Assembly (NCBI RefSeq): GCF_040719375.1 | Contig: NZ_JBFDTP010000001.1 | Span: 1 to 24,000 of the forward strand | DNA from: Clostridium sp. AN503 | GTDB lineage: Bacteria; Bacillota; Clostridia; Lachnospirales; Lachnospiraceae | Direction: 5' to 3' | DNA: 24,000 nt | In this document: piece by piece, positions 14,755 to 21,095 of the stretch | Numbering within the stretch: the stretch's first letter is position 1 | How the letters are laid out: every line of letters begins with the position of its first letter | Made by a program: the position numbers and the translations under genes | The notes under the pieces: generated by a model | What the model was told of the DNA's origin: nothing | What the model saw: only the letters and a program-made list of their open reading frames with translations | Database searches by the model: none

Positions 14755-16788
14755 TTATACCCAGTTGGCACTCTTGCCTTTCTTTTTAGCGAGCCGGTAG
14801 GATGGATTGGGCGTTTCCACCCTGCGGACGGCAGATGTATCCCTGCATTCCCCGGCGACTGCTTCTAAGCGGTGCTCTCCTGAGATAGGAAGCCGGAATG
14901 TAAATACCCTGCTCCCCGTTTTCTTTTCAACCAGACGTCCGTCGCACCAGAGCGCCACTTCCGGCTGATTGGAATAGACTTTTATGATCGTTTCCTGTTC
15001 TGGTCTGTCCACGTAGCGGCTGCCGCATAGATGCACAAACGGCTCGCTGCTCCAGTATGCCTTGTACAGGTAGAAACTGTCCTTCTTCACCTTCCGGTCA
15101 AAGGTCACAAGACCCTTATGGTTCATGCCCGGCTCCCCGCCCTGGTCCCTGGCGTCCGCCGCAAAATCAAACATGTTCCACACGTGTGTTGCCCACAGAT
15201 ATGGGTTCCTCTCGAAACATTCCAGCATATATTCGTGGTAAACCGCCTGATATTCCTCCGTATGGTCTCCCCTGTGGGGCTTGGAAGAATGCAGGTTGGG
15301 CATCCCCTCACAGCCGTACTCCGAGTACCCCAGGCACCGCTTGGGATAGCGGAAATGGAAGAACCGCATCCACAGGTCATTTAGGAACAGCCCCGGCACA
15401 TACCAGCCCAGGTACAGATTCCATGACACCAGATCCGTGATATGGGCCGACGGATTGAACGGTCCGCACATGGCGTAGCAGGCCAGGGTCGTCAGACGGG
15501 TCGGGTCCATCTCATGGCAAAGGTCATTTAACAACCGGTGATTGTCCAGCATGTCCTTTTTGTCCTTTGTGGAAATGGTGATCTCATTGGACACGCCCCA
15601 GCAGACAATGGACGGGTGATTGTAGTTCTGGATGATCAGCTCCTTCATCTGGCTGACCGTATTCTCCCGGCCTCCCGGCATATGCTCGGAGATGTAGGGA
15701 ATCTCCGCCCACACCACCATGCCGTACTCGTCACACAGATCATAGAAATACTGGTCGTGCTGGTAATGGGCCAGCCGCACCGTGTTGGCGCCGATCTCCC
15801 GGATCAGCTCCATGTCTTTTCTGTGATGCTCTTTTGTGATGGCATTGCCCAGCCCCTTCCAGTCCTGGTGCCTCGACACGCCCTGAAGGGGGTAGCTGCG
15901 GCCGTTTAAGAAAAATCCCTTTTCCGGATCCACATGGAAGCTGCGCACACCGAACCTGCTGCTCACCTCGTCAACGACCTCTCCGTGGATCTCAAGATAC
16001 GCTGCTGCGGTGTAGAGGTACGGGTCGTCTATACCGTTCCAGAGGTGTACATCGGGGATGACTATGGTGCAGTCCGGGCCGATACCGGAGGCGACTGTGA
16101 CGCCTTCGGCGTCAAGGATGTCGATGCGGATCCTGGCGGAGGTGGTGCCGCCTGCGGAAGAGGTGCCGCCTGCGGAGGTGGCGGCGCCTACGGAAGTTGA
16201 ACCATCTGCGGAGGTGGAAACGCCTGCGAAGTCAAGGGCATTCGCCCCACAGTTTGTAAAGGTCTGCACCCGCACGCAGCCGTCTTTTCCTTTTACCTCC
16301 GGCGTGATCCAGATTCCGTTGCCGCCGTAATATTCCATGTCGAAATGCAGGCGGTTCACTACGATCAGGTTCACATCCCGGTAAATCCCGCCGTAGAAGG
16401 TGAAGTCTGCTTTCTGGGGGTATACGCGGCCGCTTATGCTGTTGTCTGCCTGGACGGACAGCAGAAGATTTCCGGTCCGGTCCAAAAAGTCCGTGATATC
16501 CACGCGGAATGTGGAGTATCCGCCGTCATGGGTGCACACTTCCCTGCCGTTTAGGCTGATTCTGGCGCTGGCATTGACGCCGCAGAACTCCAGATATACC
16601 CGCTCCTCGCCTTTTTGAAATTCGGGCATGTCCAGTTCCCGCTCATACGTGCACGTACCGCGCCAGTAATCGTTACCGCCATCCTGTCCATCCACGCTGT
16701 TCCAGGTATGCGGCAGATCCACCATGGATACCGTCCCGTCCGGTCCGGTGAATCGCCACCTGTCATTCAGATTTCTTGTTTTTCTCAT
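14755..16788 (-). CDS. Glycoside hydrolase family 2 (beta-galactosidase/beta-glucuronidase-like)
   Basis: The N-terminus has LNDRWRF. The TIM-barrel region has NTVRLAHYQ, the acid/base motif WGVSNE (E402) and the nucleophile motif YSEYG (E490). Near the C-terminus is GMNHKGLVTFDRKVKKDSFYLYKAYW. Confidence 0.85.
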   Translation of the reverse strand: MRKTRNLNDRWRFTGPDGTVSMVDLPHTWNSVDGQDGGNDYWRGTCTYERELDMPEFQKGEERVYLEFCGVNASARISLNGREVCTHDGGYSTFRVDITDFLDRTGNLLLSVQADNSISGRVYPQKADFTFYGGIYRDVNLIVVNRLHFDMEYYGGNGIWITPEVKGKDGCVRVQTFTNCGANALDFAGVSTSADGSTSVGAATSAGGTSSAGGTTSARIRIDILDAEGVTVASGIGPDCTIVIPDVHLWNGIDDPYLYTAAAYLEIHGEVVDEVSSRFGVRSFHVDPEKGFFLNGRSYPLQGVSRHQDWKGLGNAITKEHHRKDMELIREIGANTVRLAHYQHDQYFYDLCDEYGMVVWAEIPYISEHMPGGRENTVSQMKELIIQNYNHPSIVCWGVSNEITISTKDKKDMLDNHRLLNDLCHEMDPTRLTTLACYAMCGPFNPSAHITDLVSWNLYLGWYVPGLFLNDLWMRFFHFRYPKRCLGYSEYGCEGMPNLHSSKPHRGDHTEEYQAVYHEYMLECFERNPYLWATHVWNMFDFAADARDQGGEPGMNHKGLVTFDRKVKKDSFYLYKAYWSSEPFVHLCGSRYVDRPEQETIIKVYSNQPEVALWCDGRLVEKKTGSRVFTFRLPISGEHRLEAVAGECRDTSAVRRVETPNPSYRLAKKKGKSANWV

Positions 16789-16821
16789 GGCTTTTTCCTT
16801 TTCTTTGTGCTATTCGTACAT

Positions 16822-16850
16822 ACTATAGCAGGAATTTTTGTGATATGTAA
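16822..16850 (-). promoter_or_regulatory. Candidate sigma-A promoter of the GH2-GH3-GPH operon
   Basis: On the minus strand, TTACAT (16850-16845) is followed by a 17-nt spacer and TATAGT (16827-16822). It lies about 34 nt upstream of the GH2 ATG. Confidence 0.4.
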
Positions 16851-16939
16851 GCAGTTTTACTTAAGTGGTCGGTTTGGTGGTCTAAGTGGTTGCAGTTTGG
16901 GAAAGCTGGGAAAATATAATACCACCTTTGTGGATTAGC

Positions 16940-16968
16940 TTGCTATGGTAATAGATTTAAGGTAAAAT
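16940..16968 (+). promoter_or_regulatory. Candidate sigma-A promoter of the AAA-ATPase-like gene
   Basis: TTGCTA (16940-16945) is followed by a 17-nt spacer and TAAAAT (16963-16968). It lies about 60 nt upstream of the ATG at 17028. Confidence 0.45.
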
Positions 16969-17027
16969 GGTGATAGATTATAGTCTGCCAGAGAAAAAAC
17001 TGGTTGGCGAAAGGACGGTGCAGGTAA

Positions 17028-18716
17028 ATGGGAAGAACAAAATTGCCAATAGGCATCGAAAATTTTGAGGAGATTCGCAGAGAAAATTTTTACTATATAG
17101 ATAAGACAGGTCTGGTCCGGGATTTGCTGAACAATTGGGGAAAGGTGAATCTGTTTACCCGGCCGCGCCGGTTTGGCAAGACGCTCAACATGAGTATGCT
17201 TAAAAGCTTTTTTGAGATTGGCACAGATAAAACACTGTTTGATGGCTTGGCGATAGAAAAAGAAACTGTTCTGTGTGAAAAGTACATGGGTAAGTTTCCT
17301 GTGGTCTTCCTGTCACTGAAAAACGTAGATGGGCTGACATTTGAGGATGCGTATAATATGCTGCGACAGATATTACGCACAGAGATGTTCCGGCTGAAGT
17401 TTTTGGGGGATAGTGAAAAGATCTCTGAAAACGAAAAAAGATCTTTTCGGCGCTTTTGGGATGAACAGGAAACTCCGGATGATATTTTGGAAAGCTTGAA
17501 GATGCTTTCCCGTCTACTCTATCAGCATTATGGCCAGAAAGTCATTTTGCTGATCGATGAATATGACGTGCCGCTGGACAAGGCTTTTCAGCACGGTTAC
17601 TACAGGGAAATGGTATCTCTGATCCGCGGCCTGTTCGGCCAGGCCCTTAAGACCAATGATTTTCTGCACTTCGCAGTCCTAACCGGCTGTTTGCAGGTAT
17701 CGAAAGAGAGTATTTTTACAGGACTAAACAATTTTAAAGTATTGTCCATTACAGATCCGCGGTTCGATGAGCATTTCGGATTCACGGATGACGAGGTAAA
17801 GCGGCTTTTAGCGGATTATCAATTGGACGAACATTTCGACGAGACGAAACAGTGGTACGACGGGTATCGCTTTGGCAATGTGGATGTTTACTGCCCATGG
17901 GATGTGATCAACCATGTTGACCTGCTGTGCAGCCAGCCGGACGCCAGGCCACAGGCTTACTGGATCAACACCAGCGGAAATGATCTGGTGAAACGCTTTG
18001 TCGATAAAGCAGATAAAACGACGCAGAATGAGATCGAGCGTCTGGTCGCCGGAGAAGCGATTGAAAAAGCCGTGCGCCTGGAATTGACCTATGATGAGAT
18101 CGATAACAGCATTGATAATCTATGGAGCGTACTGTTCACCACCGGCTATCTGACCCAGGCCGGGGAGACAGACACCGGATACCGGCTCGTCATTCCCAAC
18201 CGCGAGGTGCGGGAGGTCTTTATCCTCCAGATCCAAGAATGGTTCCGGAAAACTATCGCACAGGATGAACGGCCCATGCAGGCGCTGTGCCAGGCATTTC
18301 TGGACGGCGATGCTGTAGAGATCCAGAAACGCTTAAACGTGATCCTGAGTAAGATGATCAGCATCCTTGATACAAAAGCACGGGACGAGCAAAAGGAAAA
18401 CTTTTACCACGGTCTGCTGCTGGGGCTTTTGCGCAGCCAGCCGGACTGGCTGATCCTGTCCAATGCAGAATCCGGCGAAGGCTTCTGCGATATCCTGATC
18501 GAGCCGGAGGACCCGGATATGGGGATTGTCATCGAGGTGAAATACGCAGCCGATATGGCGAAGCTTGATGGATGTGCGGCAAAAGCCTTAGAGCAGATCA
18601 GTGCGCTCCGGTATGACGAGAGGCTGCGCAATGACGGCAGAGATAATATCATGATGTACGGAATTTCGTTTTGTAAGAAAAGATGCAGAGTGGTATGTGA
18701 GGCTGGGAAAACCTGA
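17028..18716 (+). CDS. Predicted AAA-ATPase-like protein with C-terminal PD-(D/E)xK nuclease-like domain
   Basis: The N-terminus GIENFEEIRRENFYYIDKTGLVRDLL...FTRPRRFGKTLNMSML is typical of the 'predicted AAA-ATPase' family. The C-terminus GFCDILIEPEDPDMGIVIEVKY fits a D...E-x-K nuclease motif. Confidence 0.75.
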   Translation: MGRTKLPIGIENFEEIRRENFYYIDKTGLVRDLLNNWGKVNLFTRPRRFGKTLNMSMLKSFFEIGTDKTLFDGLAIEKETVLCEKYMGKFPVVFLSLKNVDGLTFEDAYNMLRQILRTEMFRLKFLGDSEKISENEKRSFRRFWDEQETPDDILESLKMLSRLLYQHYGQKVILLIDEYDVPLDKAFQHGYYREMVSLIRGLFGQALKTNDFLHFAVLTGCLQVSKESIFTGLNNFKVLSITDPRFDEHFGFTDDEVKRLLADYQLDEHFDETKQWYDGYRFGNVDVYCPWDVINHVDLLCSQPDARPQAYWINTSGNDLVKRFVDKADKTTQNEIERLVAGEAIEKAVRLELTYDEIDNSIDNLWSVLFTTGYLTQAGETDTGYRLVIPNREVREVFILQIQEWFRKTIAQDERPMQALCQAFLDGDAVEIQKRLNVILSKMISILDTKARDEQKENFYHGLLLGLLRSQPDWLILSNAESGEGFCDILIEPEDPDMGIVIEVKYAADMAKLDGCAAKALEQISALRYDERLRNDGRDNIMMYGISFCKKRCRVVCEAGKT

Positions 18717-18760
18717 TCATCGGCTACATGTGGGTGCATGGAAGAATTGATGCTTTTAAG

Positions 18761-18797
18761 ACAGCGAAAAAGCCGGAAGCTTACGCATCGCTTCCGG
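18761..18797. terminator. Bidirectional hairpin terminator between convergent genes
   Basis: A perfect 10-bp stem pairs AGCCGGAAGC (18761-18770) with GCTTCCGGCT (18780-18789), with a 9-nt loop. T-rich sequence follows on the plus strand (catattttatt) and on the minus strand (TTTTCG). Confidence 0.75.
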
Positions 18798-18852
18798 CTC
18801 ATATTTTATTCAGCTACTTTTCAGCAGTAAGGCCTTATCCGTCCAATCTCTT

Positions 18853-20097
18853 TCATTTCAAACGACTATACAAAAGATCCGCTGTTATATTCCTGGTCAG
18901 CTCACAATGCAGGTCCCCGCTTTTACTCATTCTGATTTCCGGACACCCTCCGCAGCAGGTGTACTTGCAAAAGCAGTCAGCACATTCAGCATAACAATGT
19001 ACGCTCATTGACCTGCTATGGCTGTCTTCATAGCAAATCTCCTCCTGCTCAAACAGGAATTGCCCTGTACTGAACCAACTTTTTTCTTCTACCTGTGAAC
19101 AACTGGTAATCACGCCGCCTGGCGAGATGATCAGCAGATTGCCCTGTGCCGCACCACAAAAAAATAACCGCGGAGATAAACGGCTGGTCTCCGGCGTAAG
19201 CAGACGGATGCCCCGTTCCTTCGCCCTGCAATAGGCCGCATAAATGCCATGCGTATACATCTCGGGATCTGGTGGCGCCAGAGTGGTATGACTGCCATGC
19301 CCGACTGTCAACATGGGAGAAACGATTACAGTGCATCCCGGGAATTCCTCTGCAAAAAAATCAACAATACGGTCTATATGTACGAGGGATTGGGCTGTGA
19401 CCGTGACTCGAAAACAGACCGTGCAATCAGATTTATGTAATTGCCGTGCATGATACATTACCCTCTCAAACGATGCTTGCCCATTTGGCCCTGGCCGCTG
19501 CTCATTTTGGATGTCTTCCGGTCCGTCTATGGATATGGTCACATTTGCAAAATTTTGTATGATAAACTCAGTCAATTCCGGATTCGAATAGTTGGCATTT
19601 GTAGTCATAGACATACGCGCCACAATGTGATGCTGGCTGGCATAGTCTCTCAAATAGTCTACAGCGTAGCGAAACAGTGCCTCATGAAGAGTAGGTTCCC
19701 CTCCGCCATAAAATGCCACTGGCAATATTGGGAATGTTTCAGACTGAACCTTTTTCTTAACAATGGCATGTACAATAGAGCGCACCTGAGCTTTGCGCAT
19801 AAGCGGCATGGGCGCCCGGCTGTCAGAGAGATAACAGTATAAACATCCCAGGTTACAACCATCCGTTAAATTAATGCAGTAAGCGGGGAAATCGCCGGGT
19901 TCCGGACAAAACGTCAGCAGTTCCCCGCTTTCGGCGGGGACTATCCCGGAAATCCACTCATCCATTGCATCTGGATCTGCCTGCAGGTTCGCCGACATCT
20001 CTTCGGACAGCAAAACCACACGCTGAGCAGCCGGGATATATGCCAATTGGTGTGACTGGTCCTGGGTTGAAATAAAAAAAACCTCAATATGATTCAT
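18853..20097 (-). CDS. Radical SAM/SPASM-domain peptide-modifying enzyme (RiPP maturase candidate)
   Basis: The CxxxCxxC cluster is DGCNLGCLYCY. The C-terminal SPASM pattern is CGAAQGNLLIISPGGVITSC followed by CADCFCKYTCCGGC (Cx2Cx5Cx3C). About 85 aa precede the SAM cluster and could bind a leader peptide. I prefer the start at 20097 (AAGGAG 8 nt upstream; ATGA overlap with the GNAT stop) over the track's 20160. Confidence 0.85.
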   Translation of the reverse strand: MNHIEVFFISTQDQSHQLAYIPAAQRVVLLSEEMSANLQADPDAMDEWISGIVPAESGELLTFCPEPGDFPAYCINLTDGCNLGCLYCYLSDSRAPMPLMRKAQVRSIVHAIVKKKVQSETFPILPVAFYGGGEPTLHEALFRYAVDYLRDYASQHHIVARMSMTTNANYSNPELTEFIIQNFANVTISIDGPEDIQNEQRPGPNGQASFERVMYHARQLHKSDCTVCFRVTVTAQSLVHIDRIVDFFAEEFPGCTVIVSPMLTVGHGSHTTLAPPDPEMYTHGIYAAYCRAKERGIRLLTPETSRLSPRLFFCGAAQGNLLIISPGGVITSCSQVEEKSWFSTGQFLFEQEEICYEDSHSRSMSVHCYAECADCFCKYTCCGGCPEIRMSKSGDLHCELTRNITADLLYSRLK

Positions 20098-20702
20098 CCA
20101 TTTATCTCCTTCAGTTGTGTAAGGGCATCGCAGTCGATCCGTACATTGAACCGGGTGCATAAACGGGTGACAAAGTCGGTGGGGTGCTGCCCTCTTGACA
20201 GCTCATATCGCAGCAGACTCTCCCGTTTCCCCGTCTCCTGGTCATAAAATCCATCCGGCACTGAGCCCACCATGCGAAATCCGCAGGCATCGTTAATTCT
20301 TTGGATGGTGCGGTGGCGCTCCGCTGTCTTTGACACAATAGTCTGGATATTGGGTTTGACTGAGAAAATCTTATCCAGCAGACACGCATAACAGGCCAGC
20401 CCCAATCCACGGTTGGAAAATGCAGGAGCTGCGCCTCCCATCACCTCGGCAGTACTGCCCTGTACGCAGACACAGGCGTATGTTACCCAGACATCGTTTC
20501 CCTGCTCCACCACCAGATGTATGGTGTTACCTGACTGTTTCCGGGTATATGCATAATGCAGATCTGTAAAGACGGAAGGAATGCCCGTCCGGGTTGGAAT
20601 CGTACATAAATTACGCCATGCTTTGTCACTCAGGCATTCCAGCAAAAAGTCCACATGGCGAAGATTGCCGCAGTCATACAGGTGCGCAGTCAGATCTATC
20701 AT
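20094..20702 (-). CDS. GNAT-family N-acetyltransferase
   Basis: The motif-A-like NRGLGLACYACLLDKIF matches R-x-x-G-x-G/A. The beta-strand and helix pattern and the ~200-aa size are typical of GNATs. The gene is translationally coupled to the radical SAM gene. Confidence 0.7.
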   Translation of the reverse strand: MIDLTAHLYDCGNLRHVDFLLECLSDKAWRNLCTIPTRTGIPSVFTDLHYAYTRKQSGNTIHLVVEQGNDVWVTYACVCVQGSTAEVMGGAAPAFSNRGLGLACYACLLDKIFSVKPNIQTIVSKTAERHRTIQRINDACGFRMVGSVPDGFYDQETGKRESLLRYELSRGQHPTDFVTRLCTRFNVRIDCDALTQLKEING

Positions 20703-20727
20703 CTGTTTTCACTCTTTCCTAAAAATG

Positions 20728-21013
20728 TCAATCCGGACAGGTTGATTTTAATTAGTTACATATGTGTCGTACAGGTGTTTTTGCCGCAAGAGCCGGTAAC
20801 CGGAAGCAGGCGGGGATCAATGTCCCCCTTAGCAAAATATTCTCTGATTTCCTCTTCGGACACATCGATATGCTCCTGCTTTGCCAATGTAACAACATCT
20901 TCAACTGTTTTTGTTGCCTGCAGTTTTTTCATAAGTTCGTCATCGCTAAGGATCTGGTCAATCGCTGTATTAATTTTACTCATATAATAATCTCCTTTGT
21001 CTGTCCGGATTGA
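20728..21013. repeat. 13-bp perfect inverted repeat bracketing the precursor ORF
   Basis: TCAATCCGGACAG at 20728-20740 is the exact reverse complement of CTGTCCGGATTGA at 21001-21013. One arm lies about 16 nt past the precursor stop. The other lies in the 5' UTR just upstream of the RBS. Confidence 0.85.
20756..20983 (-). CDS. RiPP precursor peptide with Nif11-like leader (75 aa)
   Basis: The sequence is MSKINTAIDQILSDDELMKKLQATKTVEDVVTLAKQEHIDVSEEEIREYFAKGDIDPRLLPVTGSCGKNTCTTHM. Residues 5-50 follow the Nif11-domain leader pattern (D..L..KL....t.edvv.lAke..i.vs.eEi). The tail is short and Cys/Thr-rich. There is a strong RBS (AAGGAG 8 nt upstream of the ATG), and the gene lies directly upstream of the GNAT and rSAM genes. 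Confidence 0.75.
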   Translation of the reverse strand: MSKINTAIDQILSDDELMKKLQATKTVEDVVTLAKQEHIDVSEEEIREYFAKGDIDPRLLPVTGSCGKNTCTTHM

Positions 21014-21095
21014 GCATCATTGTGTGGGCGTTACTAGTAACACTTTTATCATATAACAGATTTCCACTATGTGCATGGGCCAAAACAGCCTATTT

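Noticed and set aside
18404-18994. ORFs 18404-18802(-) and 18728-18994(+) in or near the convergent intergenic region
   Set aside because: Both run through the bidirectional terminator hairpin and overlap the ends of the flanking genes on the opposite strand. They show no RBS and have low-complexity products.
21021-21080. 19-codon sORF (MHIVEICYMIKVLLVTPTQ) on the minus strand upstream of the RiPP precursor, considered as a possible second precursor
   Set aside because: It has no RBS, no leader-like sequence and no similarity to the adjacent precursor. It overlaps the likely promoter and palindrome.
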